Virus record (IMG/VR): IMGVR_UViG_3300009082_000002
Coordinates: 43,407-107,406 of that record
Length of the DNA stretch: 64,000 nt
Reading direction: 5' to 3' (one strand)
From: a virus
The position numbers and the translations under genes were made by a program. This document shows, piece by piece, positions 1 to 8,892 of the stretch. The notes under the pieces are model-generated. The model did not search any database. It worked only from the letters and a program-made list of their open reading frames with translations, and had not been told where the DNA came from. The first letter of the stretch is position 1. Each line of letters starts with the position of its first letter.

Positions 1-42
1 TCTCTTCGAGTCGTTGAAGAAGCGAACGAAAGGAATCGAGGG

Positions 43-321
43 GTGATGGCAAAGCCAAAGGTGAAGGCGACTATCCTGCCGCTGGTCCAGGTCCGCATCG
101 AGGGCGAGCAGCCGAAGGGGAAGATCGGGTTCCCGGTCATCCGCGACGATGGCGGCCTGGTCCACGAGTTCCTTCTGTGGCAGCTCGACTCCGGCGTGTT
201 CGGTGTGGCGCGGGCCGGCGGGCAAAGCGGCGGCGGTTCCTTCTGCGGGTACTTCTATCCGGAGGATGCGGAAGCTGTCGCCGCGTGGCTGCGCGAGCAC
301 GGCGTCGAGGTGGAAGCGTGA
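43..321 (+). CDS. hypothetical protein
   Basis: 92 aa ORF with an upstream GAGGG SD; its stop overlaps the next start (GTGA). Confidence 0.6.
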   Translation: MMAKPKVKATILPLVQVRIEGEQPKGKIGFPVIRDDGGLVHEFLLWQLDSGVFGVARAGGQSGGGSFCGYFYPEDAEAVAAWLREHGVEVEA

Positions 322-584
322 CGGAGCTGACCACCTTCGACCTGGTCGTCATCGTCGTCGCGACGTTCGGGACCGGCCTGCTGATAGGCCGACTCTTCGA
401 GCGGACTGGCTGGCGGTACGGCATCGCGCTCAACACCGAAGCGGACGGTTTTTTTCATGTCCTTTTCCTCAAGCTCTGGCGCCGCGAGCTTCATCCTTCA
501 CAAGCCGCGACCGCGCTGGTCGCGTGGAGTCGCGGCGACGCAGCCTTCCGGGTCTGGATCAGTGACCACGTTGACTCTGACTAA
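318..584 (+). CDS. small membrane protein
   Basis: GTG start overlapping the previous TGA; hydrophobic N-terminus LVVIVVATFGTGLLIG. Confidence 0.55.
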   Translation: MTELTTFDLVVIVVATFGTGLLIGRLFERTGWRYGIALNTEADGFFHVLFLKLWRRELHPSQAATALVAWSRGDAAFRVWISDHVDSD

Positions 585-676
585 AGCGCGTTTTTTAGGT
601 CCACGGCCGACCGCTTCCGCGAATCATTGGCTAGGTACGGGCATGGCGCCCGATAGTCGAACCAAGGAGGGCAAAG

Positions 677-1873
677 ATGATCAGGGTCGATCAACGCGAC
701 TTTTCGGCGGCGTTGGAGGCAGCGCGGCAAGCCTGTAGCCGGGTAGGCTCGCTCCCCATCCTGGCGCAGGCGAGCGTTGTCTGCCACGACGGCGAGTTGA
801 AGATCGACTGCACCGATCTCGACGTGCGGCTGGTCTGCACGCTGGCCGCGGCAGGCGAGGGCAAGTTCCTTCTGCCTGCCGCGAAGCTGGCCAAGGTCGT
901 AAAGCCGCAGGGCGCGAAGAAGGCTTCGCGCCAGATCGTGATCGGCGTCGAGGACGAAAAGCCCATCGTCATGATCGACGGCGCGAAGGTGAAGTTCCCG
1001 CTCCAGTGCGCGCCGGAGGACTGGCCTGTCGAGGCCGTCTGTGAGTGGAAGCTCCGCGGCCACTACGCGACGGCCGAGACGCTGCGCGCGTTGAAGTACT
1101 GTCTGCCGGCTGCTTCCACCGACGATATGCGCCCGCACCTGGGCTGTGTGTTCTTCTTCGGCTCGCGGCTCATCTCCACGGACGGGCACCGGCTCCACAT
1201 CGTGCACCTCGGCGGCGAGCCACACGAGAGCACGTGGCTTGCGCGTCAGGGCGTGTGCCACCTCGTCAAGCTCTGTGACGCCGAGTCCTTCGATCTCTTC
1301 GCGGTCGATGGCGAGGATCACATCGGTCGTTGTCGCGTGACGTGGCCAGGTCGTGTGCTCGTCCGCGACACGCCGGTCGGTGCCATCGATCTGAACTTCG
1401 ACCGAGTCATCGGTGACACGCGCGCATCCCGCGGCATCGTCTTCAATCTGACGCGCGTGGATCTGCTCGACCGGTTGAAGAAAGCGAAGGCGATGCTCGA
1501 CAAGAGCGCGGATCTGATCGTGGAGTACGAGTCGGGACGCTGGCTGAAAATGGAGGGGTGCGAGCGTGTCGCGGACAAGACCACGGTGGAGTGGAAGCAA
1601 CCGCACGACGGCGTCGAGGACAATCGCGAGAAGTTCGTCCCAGACTGTCAGCCGAGCGACGTGAGCGACGAGGAGTGGGCCGAGCATGCGCACGCCGAGC
1701 CACAGTCCTGTCACTTCGCGCAGCCGGCCAAGTTCTGCGTTGGGCTCGACTACGCGATTGACGCGCTGGCCGATGGTGACGACCTGGTCGAGCTGAAGTT
1801 CACCGACTCGCTGCTGCCGATCCACTTGCGCAGCGGCGATTATGAATCGATCGTCATGCCGATCAGGATCTAG
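677..1873 (+). CDS. dnaN: DNA polymerase III beta sliding clamp-like protein
   Basis: Clamp-like motifs LPILA, CTDLD, AASTDDMRPHLGCV, STDGHRL and C-terminal IVMPIR; AAGGAGG SD. Confidence 0.85.
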   Translation: MIRVDQRDFSAALEAARQACSRVGSLPILAQASVVCHDGELKIDCTDLDVRLVCTLAAAGEGKFLLPAAKLAKVVKPQGAKKASRQIVIGVEDEKPIVMIDGAKVKFPLQCAPEDWPVEAVCEWKLRGHYATAETLRALKYCLPAASTDDMRPHLGCVFFFGSRLISTDGHRLHIVHLGGEPHESTWLARQGVCHLVKLCDAESFDLFAVDGEDHIGRCRVTWPGRVLVRDTPVGAIDLNFDRVIGDTRASRGIVFNLTRVDLLDRLKKAKAMLDKSADLIVEYESGRWLKMEGCERVADKTTVEWKQPHDGVEDNREKFVPDCQPSDVSDEEWAEHAHAEPQSCHFAQPAKFCVGLDYAIDALADGDDLVELKFTDSLLPIHLRSGDYESIVMPIRI

Positions 1874-1882
1874 TTCGGAGGT

Positions 1883-2908
1883 ATGCGAGCGATGAGCAAG
1901 TGTCGGGTGGCGCGAGTTCCGAAGGAGGAAAGCAAGGGCTGGCATGAGTACGGGTGGCTCAAGCCGATCTTGCTCGCTTGTGACAGCCTCATCGGCCATG
2001 GCCGGCTGGAGTACTGGCTCGGCGTCGAGGCCGAGGGCAAGCTGCCGGCCGAACCCATCCCGCAGATCCACTGGCGGCACTCGATGGATACCGAGACCCG
2101 TGAGAACTTGCGCGAGTTGTCGAAGACGGTCGCGGAGCGCGGCGAGTACAAGGGCCCACCGCTCTCGCCCAAGGGTGCGTACCAGCACGTCGGCCAACTG
2201 ATCGACAAGCTCGGCGGCGGGTGGGATGCGCTCACTTACTTCATCCGCTGGCTGGCCTGGGGGCTGGGCGTGAGCGCGGAACGCAACGAGGAACCATACC
2301 AGCCATGGGGCGCGGATGCGGCCTGGGGCGATACGCTCTTTCGTGAGTTCCACCTTCAACGCCTGCTCGCGGCTGACGCGGACGTGCTTGGCTACTGGCT
2401 CGCGGAGCGACGCGGCAAGGGCTGGAATCCTAACGCGTTCTTCCCGACGCCGATGAACGTGTGCGATTGCATGGCGCGGATGACCATGCACGATGTCGGT
2501 TCGACATTGCCGGACGGCCGGGACGCGCGGCTCGCCTCGGTGTGCGATCCATGCGTTGGCACCGGGCGGATGCTCCTGGCTGCGAGTAACTTCTCGCTCA
2601 ACCTCCACGGTATGGACATCGACGGCCTGATGGTCGACGCCTGCTCGGTGAACCTCGCCCTTTTCGCGCCGTGGGCGGTGTACATCGGACCGCGCCAGCG
2701 GGAGATCCTGTCGCGCGACTCGGGCTCCGGCGAAGACGGTGAGCGGCGCGTGGAACAGATCGATGCGCTCCGCGCGGAGCGCGGGATGCCGACACTACCG
2801 AAGACGATCAAGCGCGAGCGGCCGGGATATGTGGTCAGCCGTCACGGCAGCGGCGACATCTTTTCGGCCAAGGTCGTGAAACGTGAGCGACCGAAAGGGA
2901 TCGTATGA
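1883..2908 (+). CDS. N6-adenine DNA methyltransferase-like protein (HsdM-like SAM-binding half; no NPPF motif visible)
   Basis: FFPTP, DPCVGTGRML (motif I), GMDID; start may be 1892. Confidence 0.75.
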   Translation: MRAMSKCRVARVPKEESKGWHEYGWLKPILLACDSLIGHGRLEYWLGVEAEGKLPAEPIPQIHWRHSMDTETRENLRELSKTVAERGEYKGPPLSPKGAYQHVGQLIDKLGGGWDALTYFIRWLAWGLGVSAERNEEPYQPWGADAAWGDTLFREFHLQRLLAADADVLGYWLAERRGKGWNPNAFFPTPMNVCDCMARMTMHDVGSTLPDGRDARLASVCDPCVGTGRMLLAASNFSLNLHGMDIDGLMVDACSVNLALFAPWAVYIGPRQREILSRDSGSGEDGERRVEQIDALRAERGMPTLPKTIKRERPGYVVSRHGSGDIFSAKVVKRERPKGIV

Positions 2909-3276
2909 ATGCGTATGAGTGGGGGCGAACACGCAAGCCATACCCGAGCTGCGAGGTCGCGCTGGAGTGGCGGAGTAGGCTTGGGCCGATCAGGAGGTAC
3001 CCCGTGAGCGAGTCGCATGCGTTGATGAGTGCAGAGTTGGTGGCTCTGCGTCAGGAGAACGACCGGCTCCGCGAGGAGAAAGACCAGGCTGTGCAGGCGC
3101 TCCGGCAGGAAGTGGAAGCACTGCGCCAGCGGTACTCGGTGCTCATGCAGCAGTATCAGGACGAGGTCGAGTTGCGTCTGGCCGCGGAGTGCGACGCGAA
3201 GACCCTGGAAGAGAAGCTGGCTGTCCTGCGCGAATCGATCACGGTCCTTCCGCAAAGTGGCGGCAGGATGCCTTGA
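2905..3276 (+). CDS. coiled-coil hypothetical protein (paralog of 4814..5032)
   Basis: Heptad pattern; shared motif QYQxExELRxAAECDA. Confidence 0.6.
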   Translation: MNAYEWGRTRKPYPSCEVALEWRSRLGPIRRYPVSESHALMSAELVALRQENDRLREEKDQAVQALRQEVEALRQRYSVLMQQYQDEVELRLAAECDAKTLEEKLAVLRESITVLPQSGGRMP

Positions 3277-3326
3277 CGACACGTGGGCTATCATCGACGA
3301 CGAGCGCTGGCTCGGAGGAGGCTGCG

Positions 3327-3551
3327 ATGGGATGGATCGGTGATGCGAGCAGGATCGAAGACGCGCTTAAGGCGCGCGGTGCCGGGAAGGACGAGCAGGG
3401 CCGCTTCCTGATTCGCAGCGGGCGCGTCGTGACTTTCATGGGCGCTGGCGGGGAGGCCGTGGTGGACGACGCTTGCGAGTGCCTGATCAACGGTGAGTGG
3501 ACGCCGCTCATCCCGCTGCTTCACGGCGGGCTGCGCGTGACGGTGATCTGA
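3327..3551 (+). CDS. hypothetical protein
   Basis: GGAGG SD before ATG 3327; coupled to the next gene (TGATG). Confidence 0.55.
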   Translation: MGWIGDASRIEDALKARGAGKDEQGRFLIRSGRVVTFMGAGGEAVVDDACECLINGEWTPLIPLLHGGLRVTVI

Positions 3552-3871
3552 TGTTGACCAGGACTGCGCGCTTGAGGGTTGTGCTGGAGATGCCGGAGGA
3601 GCACTGCTGGCACGATCCACCGTGCCTGGTTTCGGTTGAGTTCGTGGACCCGACCGCGTGCGAGCCCGGGAGGATGGCGGATACGAAGGCGTTCCGCGAG
3701 GAGTGGGGCGCTGTCGGCGAGGCTCTGTTCTGGGATGTCGAGGATCGCGAGTTTCACGGGTGCAGGATCGAGGTGGTCGGGACTCTCTGGTGGGAGAGCA
3801 CGAGCAGCGCCGATTATGGGATCGACTACGACTGTGGCTTTGATGTCACGGAGAGGAGGATTGTGCCGTGA
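3551..3871 (+). CDS. hypothetical protein
   Basis: Overlapping start/stop at both ends. Confidence 0.55.
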   Translation: MLTRTARLRVVLEMPEEHCWHDPPCLVSVEFVDPTACEPGRMADTKAFREEWGAVGEALFWDVEDREFHGCRIEVVGTLWWESTSSADYGIDYDCGFDVTERRIVP

Positions 3872-4506
3872 ACACGGAGATCCCGTGCATGGCCGATGTG
3901 ATGCCCGAGGGCGAGGTTGGTGCGGCACGGGTGTCGCACTTCGAGCTGAAGGGTGATGCGTTACTGCTCGCCAACGTGCGCGCGATCTGTAGCGGGTTCG
4001 GCATCGGCATGGTGAGTACCGGACGGTACGCGCGCTTGAGCATCGGCAGCGTGCTCTGGATGTCTGACACGCAGTTGGAGCGGCGTTCTTCGGAGGAGTT
4101 CTTGTGCGAGGCGCGGGGGGACGTGCTGATCAGTGGCCTCGGTCTGGGGATGGTCGTCGTCCCGCTGCTGTCCGATTCGAAGGTGCACTCGATCACGGTG
4201 ATCGAGCGCAGCGAGGATGTCGTGCAACTCATCGAGCCCAGGCTCAAGGCGATGCCAGGTGGTGAGAAGCTCACGGTCATCGTAGCCGATGTGTTCGAGT
4301 GGCAGCCGCCCAAGGGGCAGACGTGGGATGTGATCTATCACGATGTCTGGCTGGACATATGCACGGGCAACCTGAAAGAGATTGCGGTGCTGAAGCGAAA
4401 GTTCGCTCGACGGAAGCGCCCTGGCGGCTGGCACGGGGCGTGGTTGCACGGCTGGTTGACCAGGAGGCGGCGTCAGGAGCAGAGACGGTCGGGGAGGATC
4501 TGGTGA
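3868..4506 (+). CDS. class I SAM-dependent transferase, spermidine-synthase-like
   Basis: DVLISGLGLG, ITVIERSEDV, IVADVF, DVIYHDVW. Confidence 0.75.
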   Translation: MNTEIPCMADVMPEGEVGAARVSHFELKGDALLLANVRAICSGFGIGMVSTGRYARLSIGSVLWMSDTQLERRSSEEFLCEARGDVLISGLGLGMVVVPLLSDSKVHSITVIERSEDVVQLIEPRLKAMPGGEKLTVIVADVFEWQPPKGQTWDVIYHDVWLDICTGNLKEIAVLKRKFARRKRPGGWHGAWLHGWLTRRRRQEQRRSGRIW

Positions 4507-4545
4507 ACACATCGAAGAGATCCAAGAAGTACCGCAAGCGAGACG

Positions 4546-4809
4546 GTGCGGCGCACGAAGGGCCGCGCAGCCTTCCTCACGGAGCACGGCGTGGTCTGCA
4601 TCCACGACGCCGTGAAGCTCGGGCCGTGGCGCGTCGTTGCGTACAGCGAGATCAAGGCTGGCGACGTGATCCGGCTGGCACCGCACGAATCAGGGATCTG
4701 TTCGTGCTGCGGCGAGATTAACCCTGACGCTCACGAGCCAGTCCTGGTGCGGCTCGTGAGGTCCGACGGTTCGCGCGAAGGCGTCTTCGTCCGCGACTTG
4801 AGAAGGTGA
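4546..4809 (+). CDS. hypothetical protein
   Basis: ORF fills the gap in the operon; start uncertain. Confidence 0.4.
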   Translation: MRRTKGRAAFLTEHGVVCIHDAVKLGPWRVVAYSEIKAGDVIRLAPHESGICSCCGEINPDAHEPVLVRLVRSDGSREGVFVRDLRR

Positions 4810-4813
4810 AGCG

Positions 4814-5032
4814 ATGGCGACGTCTGATGCAATCCCGATCCAGGAGATCGCGGATCTGCGGCGAGAGAACCGACTGCTCCGCGAGCGGTGCGAGGTGCTG
4901 GCCGACCAGTATCAGCAGGAGGCCGAGCTGCGTTATGCTGCCGAGTGCGACGCAGCCTGGCTGAAGAAGAAGCTGGACGAGGCGCAGGCGAAACAGGTCG
5001 CCTGGGAACGCGACGAGGTGAACTGGCCATGA
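4814..5032 (+). CDS. coiled-coil hypothetical protein (paralog of 2905..3276)
   Basis: LRRENRLLRE...QYQQEAELRYAAECDA. Confidence 0.6.
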   Translation: MATSDAIPIQEIADLRRENRLLRERCEVLADQYQQEAELRYAAECDAAWLKKKLDEAQAKQVAWERDEVNWP

Positions 5033-5283
5033 AGCAGAGTCGGCGGCGTGGGCGGCAGGAGCGGCGGCGCGGCCCGGACGGGGACATGTGCGCGCTCCGA
5101 ATGATGCGGAAGGATCTTGGTGTGCGCCAGAAGGAACTCGCCTTCGCAGTCGGCTGTTGCCGGCAGTATCTAGCAGGCTGCGAGATCGGCACCAGAGTTC
5201 CGAGCCCAGAGCTGCGAGAGCGAATTCGTGCTGCACTGACGCGGTACGATCTCGGCGGAAGCCTGGAGGCGAGGAAGCCGTGA
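5029..5283 (+). CDS. XRE-family helix-turn-helix protein
   Basis: LRMMRKDLGVRQKELAFAVGCCRQYLAGCEIGTRVPS; ATGA overlap. Confidence 0.75.
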   Translation: MKQSRRRGRQERRRGPDGDMCALRMMRKDLGVRQKELAFAVGCCRQYLAGCEIGTRVPSPELRERIRAALTRYDLGGSLEARKP

Positions 5284-5474
5284 AGACCTTGCGCGAGTTC
5301 GAGGTCGGTAGCAGCTTCGAGATCAAGGACAAGACGGACCTCATGATCCGGCTTGTCTGCTTGAAGTGCGGGCACGACTTCGTTGTGGACCTCACCTGGC
5401 TCGACAACGCGGCCTGGAGCTCGCGTCTTGCTTGCTACATGCCGCGCTGCCCGAACTGCGGATCGACCGGATGA
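5280..5474 (+). CDS. Zn-ribbon protein
   Basis: CLKCGH...CPNCG. Confidence 0.6.
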   Translation: MKTLREFEVGSSFEIKDKTDLMIRLVCLKCGHDFVVDLTWLDNAAWSSRLACYMPRCPNCGSTG

Positions 5475-5800
5475 CGGACGAGCTACCGATCCGGCCCTGC
5501 GTCGGCTGCGGGTATTGCTGTCGCAAGGCGCGCTGCGCTGTGTCCTTCATCGCGGAGGGCTGGCCAGTTGGCGTGGACCCGTTTGATGTCGTCGGCGAGT
5601 CGCGGGCTTGTCCGTTCCTGTTGCGGCACGGCGGACTCTATCGCTGCAGCATTGCCGGGCAGTATGCGGCGGCGTTGGCTATCGGAGCCGGCTGTTGTGC
5701 GCCTTTTAACAGCGACCGGCTGGCGATGGTCCGTCGCCTTCGCGAGCAGCGAATCATCGAGCAGACCGCGCAGAGCCGCGGCGAGGAGGACAGCCGATGA
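5471..5800 (+). CDS. CxxCxxCC (YkgJ-like) Zn/Fe-S-binding protein
   Basis: CVGCGYCC...CPFL...CSI. Confidence 0.65.
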   Translation: MTDELPIRPCVGCGYCCRKARCAVSFIAEGWPVGVDPFDVVGESRACPFLLRHGGLYRCSIAGQYAAALAIGAGCCAPFNSDRLAMVRRLREQRIIEQTAQSRGEEDSR

Positions 5801-6207
5801 GCGACGAGAAGAAACGGCCGGAGCCGCGCGAGTGGGAAGTGGTGCTCGACGACGTGGGTGACAAGCTCAATGAGGATCTGGCGTCTGGTGCTCTTGGCCG
5901 GCGCGTGGTGGGATACATCCGCGAGGTGGTCCTGCAGTTCTTCGAGACCGAGTTCAAGGCAATGGCCGAGCGTATGGACGCCGACGAGGACAGGATCTCC
6001 GAACTGGAGGAGGAGAAAGAAACCCAGCTCACGGTCGAGTGCGAGGACGTCGAACGCGCGCTCGTCATCGGTGGCTTGCTCTCGCATCGCTTCGAGGCTC
6101 ACGATGCGGCGCGCTTCCTGTCGGAAGTCGCCGACCTGCTGCGCGGGGCGAGTCGCGAGCTGGCAGAAAAGCTCGACGAGGTGGCGCGCGTGATCGGGAG
6201 GTGCTAG
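5797..6207 (+). CDS. hypothetical helical protein
   Basis: GAGGA SD; ATGA overlap. Confidence 0.6.
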   Translation: MSDEKKRPEPREWEVVLDDVGDKLNEDLASGALGRRVVGYIREVVLQFFETEFKAMAERMDADEDRISELEEEKETQLTVECEDVERALVIGGLLSHRFEAHDAARFLSEVADLLRGASRELAEKLDEVARVIGRC

Positions 6208-6546
6208 GTGGCGAAGCCAGGGAAGAAGCGGAGCCCAGCGCCGGCTGCGGAGCCAGCGCGGATCACGGCAGTCACAGTCGCGATGCAACGGGTCTATAGC
6301 ATCGGTCGCTTCAAGACGCTGCGCTACGATGTCCAGGCCCAGGGCGAGGTCCAGTCTGGTCACGACGCGTCCGACGCGGTCGATCAACTCACGGCATTCC
6401 TTGACGCGAAGGTCGCGCAGTTTGCAGCGGACCGAGACCTTGACCACTTGGTCCCGAACCGCGACTCGGCCGCAGCGCTCGGCAGCGAGTTTGAGGAAAA
6501 GGAAGAAGACGAGAACGATCCCGATTATGACGACGAGGGCGAGTAG
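6208..6546 (+). CDS. hypothetical protein with acidic tail
   Basis: GGAGG SD; abuts the previous stop. Confidence 0.6.
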   Translation: MAKPGKKRSPAPAAEPARITAVTVAMQRVYSIGRFKTLRYDVQAQGEVQSGHDASDAVDQLTAFLDAKVAQFAADRDLDHLVPNRDSAAALGSEFEEKEEDENDPDYDDEGE

Positions 6547-6548
6547 CG

Positions 6549-6597
6549 GGGCGCCTGGCGCGGCAAGTTCCCCTCCGACTTGCCGCGCCAGGCGCCC
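6549..6597. repeat. perfect 20-bp inverted repeat, 9-nt loop
   Basis: gggcgcctggcgcggcaagt (6549-6568) / acttgccgcgccaggcgccc (6578-6597); intergenic, no U-tract. Confidence 0.85.
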
Positions 6598-6621
6598 GGG
6601 GCTCAACGAAAGGAGCACACG

Positions 6622-6927
6622 GTGAAGAAGGAACGAACCGGAAAGGGTCAAGCGCCGAGGCGGCACAGGCGAGACCTCTCCACGCTCGGCGAGTTCGTCG
6701 TGGCGCGGCTGAAGCGGCTCGACGTCGAGAAGCAAGCCGTTGCAGCGCGGCACGGGATCTCTCCGCAGAACTTGAGCGCCATGCTGCGCTCTCACGATCC
6801 GCGTCTTTCAACGATTCGCAAGCTGGCTGCGATTCTCGGCACGACTGCCGCCAAGTTGCTCGGCGACGTGGACCGTATCGCGCATCGGCGCGGAGCCATC
6901 AAAAGGATGCGGCCGTCTTCCACTTGA
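6622..6927 (+). CDS. XRE-family helix-turn-helix protein
   Basis: AVAARHGISPQNLSAML...PRLSTIRKLAAILG; AAGGAG SD before GTG. Confidence 0.75.
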   Translation: MKKERTGKGQAPRRHRRDLSTLGEFVVARLKRLDVEKQAVAARHGISPQNLSAMLRSHDPRLSTIRKLAAILGTTAAKLLGDVDRIAHRRGAIKRMRPSST

Positions 6928-6953
6928 CCATCCGTCTCTTCGTCTGGTAGGCT
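6924..6953 (+). promoter_or_regulatory. putative sigma70-type promoter
   Basis: TTGACC-N18-TAGGCT, 40 nt upstream of ATG 6994. Confidence 0.4.
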
Positions 6954-6993
6954 ATGTCCGTCTTGCAAGGCATTTTTGCCAGGAGGAAGGACA

Positions 6994-7584
6994 ATGGCAA
7001 TCGTAGCTCTCACAGCGGACCAGAAGCTCGCGGAAGCGGACCTCGAAGGAAGCGGGGCATCGACAAGCCACGCGCCGGAACTGAAGGAGAAGTTCAACGA
7101 CGTGGTGGACAAGGTGAACGAGCTGGTGGCCATCGGCTCCGACGACATCGCCAACGACTCGGGCGTGACCGGCACCACGATCAGCGACGCCATCGACCAG
7201 CTCGACACCGATCTCGGCGACCGCATCGAAGGTTCCGTGGCCGCCGTCGATCTCAAGGATGCCGGAGCCACCGACTACACCATCGCGCTCGGCGGCACCA
7301 CGGGCAAGCGCTTCGTCCCCACGAAGGTCGCGGTCCGCTGCAAGACTGCCACGGCTCTCACCGGCGACGCCAAGATCAAGATCGGTACCGCGCTCGGCGG
7401 CGAGCAGGTCGCGGCCGAGATCACGCTCACCGGGCTCAACGTGGTGGACGAGGTGTACGTCGCGACGCCGGCCGATGGCGTCCGCGCCGTGGCCGCCGAC
7501 GCCACGATCCACGTCCAGGTCAGCAGCCCGGACAGCGGCACCAGCGGCACCGCCGACGTGTCGATCATCGGCTTCGAGGTCTAG
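6994..7584 (+). CDS. hypothetical protein, possible virion decoration protein
   Basis: AGGAGG SD; Ala/Gly/Thr/Val-rich beta-type C-terminal half; strongly C/G-ending codons like the capsid gene. Confidence 0.6.
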   Translation: MAIVALTADQKLAEADLEGSGASTSHAPELKEKFNDVVDKVNELVAIGSDDIANDSGVTGTTISDAIDQLDTDLGDRIEGSVAAVDLKDAGATDYTIALGGTTGKRFVPTKVAVRCKTATALTGDAKIKIGTALGGEQVAAEITLTGLNVVDEVYVATPADGVRAVAADATIHVQVSSPDSGTSGTADVSIIGFEV

Positions 7585-7587
7585 CCG

Positions 7588-8175
7588 TCAGCGGTGGCGG
7601 TAAATCGACGCGAGCCTGACCGCGTGGTTCGTCGAGCCGACGACGGCGATGAGTCCGCACTGTAGAAGCTCGCTTTTCCTGTACTGTGGATTGATGGTAT
7701 CGAGCCACACGGCGAAACCGCCGGGCTCCAGCACGCGTGCCACCTCGCGCAGCACAGCGAGTCGGTGCGGTACCTTCGGCACCCCGTAGATCCTCGCATC
7801 CTTGTCGGTGTACGGCGTGTCGGCCAGGACCAGATCGAAGCTCGCTGGTCGGAACGGCAGCGCACGCGCGTCGCCGCGGACGTCGGCCTTGGCCTCTGGG
7901 TTGGGCTGCAAGTCGAGCCGCACGGTCGCGGGCTCGGCTCGGAGCGAGCCGCTGAACAGGTGCAGGGTCCGGCACCGGTCCGGGAACATCGAGCGCACGC
8001 GGGCCAGGTATCTACGCGGGTAGGAGCCATGGTACCCGCTCCCGCGGTAGCAGGCCCCGGTCACCCACACGGCCTGAAGCCAGCGCCCGGTTGCCACCAC
8101 TGGCCAGGAGTCGGGCCACTGCGGGAAGGCCCGGGCGTATTGCTGCGCGCGCCATCGGAGCGGCCTGCGGTCCAC
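7588..8175 (-). CDS. small amino-DNA methyltransferase-like protein
   Basis: GSYP, LHLFSG (motif I), GDARALPF, DLVLADTPY (DPPY variant); GGAGG SD on the - strand. Confidence 0.7.
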   Translation of the reverse strand: MDRRPLRWRAQQYARAFPQWPDSWPVVATGRWLQAVWVTGACYRGSGYHGSYPRRYLARVRSMFPDRCRTLHLFSGSLRAEPATVRLDLQPNPEAKADVRGDARALPFRPASFDLVLADTPYTDKDARIYGVPKVPHRLAVLREVARVLEPGGFAVWLDTINPQYRKSELLQCGLIAVVGSTNHAVRLASIYRHR

Positions 8176-8358
8176 GCTTCACCTCCGGGTTGATGGTTAG
8201 AAAGAGCAAGAGTTTCCGGAGCTTCCGTGCTAAATTGGGCCTAACTAGCTGGTATTATTAGGGGTTTTTCCAGGGGACACGCCGCCACCAGCGCCGCAAG
8301 AAAAAAACGATTTTTTTTAGCCTCCCTTCTATGCGGTATTCTTACTGATTCTGATTCG

Positions 8359-8443
8359 CTAAAAAAAAACCTTTACAAGCTCCGCGCCCCGTGTATAATG
8401 GGAACCATGGAAAGAAAGAACCGCAAGCGGGAGAAGAAAATGG
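8359..8443 (+). promoter_or_regulatory. early promoter/leader repeat, copy 1
   Basis: A-tract, TTTACA(8372)-N16-TATAAT(8394), leader gggaaccatggaaagaaagaaccgcaagcgggagaagaaaATG; near-identical to 9757-9841. Confidence 0.85.
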
Positions 8444-8631
8444 AAACGAAGAACTGGGAAAGCGCGCACATCGAGATCAACCTGGCTCGTCGCGCAGAGC
8501 GCTTCGGTGAGTACGGGGCTGCCGTGGGCCACTGGTGCAGGGCCGCTCGCATTCACGAAAAGCGCGGCAGCATGCACGCTGCGGCCGAGTGCCGTCGCCA
8601 GGCGGACATCCAGCAGGCGCTCGCGGAATAG
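8440..8631 (+). CDS. hypothetical early protein (alternative in-frame start 8407)
   Basis: Follows the promoter repeat; GGGAG SD. Confidence 0.6.
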   Translation: METKNWESAHIEINLARRAERFGEYGAAVGHWCRAARIHEKRGSMHAAAECRRQADIQQALAE

Positions 8632-8641
8632 GGAGAAAAAA

Positions 8642-8881
8642 ATGGCAAAGCGCACCAACCTGATCTGGAAGGGCCGTGGCAGCAAGCTCACCAGCGTGGC
8701 CGCCCTGGTTACCTTCCGCGGCACGCGGTACGAGGTCAAGAAAATCCTGCGCTCCAACGGGCGCGAGGAGATTATCTATTCGGAGCTGACTCCGGCCGGG
8801 ATCTGCCAGCTGAAGCTGGCCAGCGTTCCGGCTGCTCTTTACTGGAAGCGGGATCTCGTCGCCCGCTGCTCACTCGGTTAG
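8642..8881 (+). CDS. hypothetical early protein
   Basis: GGGAGaaaaaaATG, similar to the repeat RBS. Confidence 0.6.
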   Translation: MAKRTNLIWKGRGSKLTSVAALVTFRGTRYEVKKILRSNGREEIIYSELTPAGICQLKLASVPAALYWKRDLVARCSLG

Positions 8882-8892
8882 TGGAGGACACG

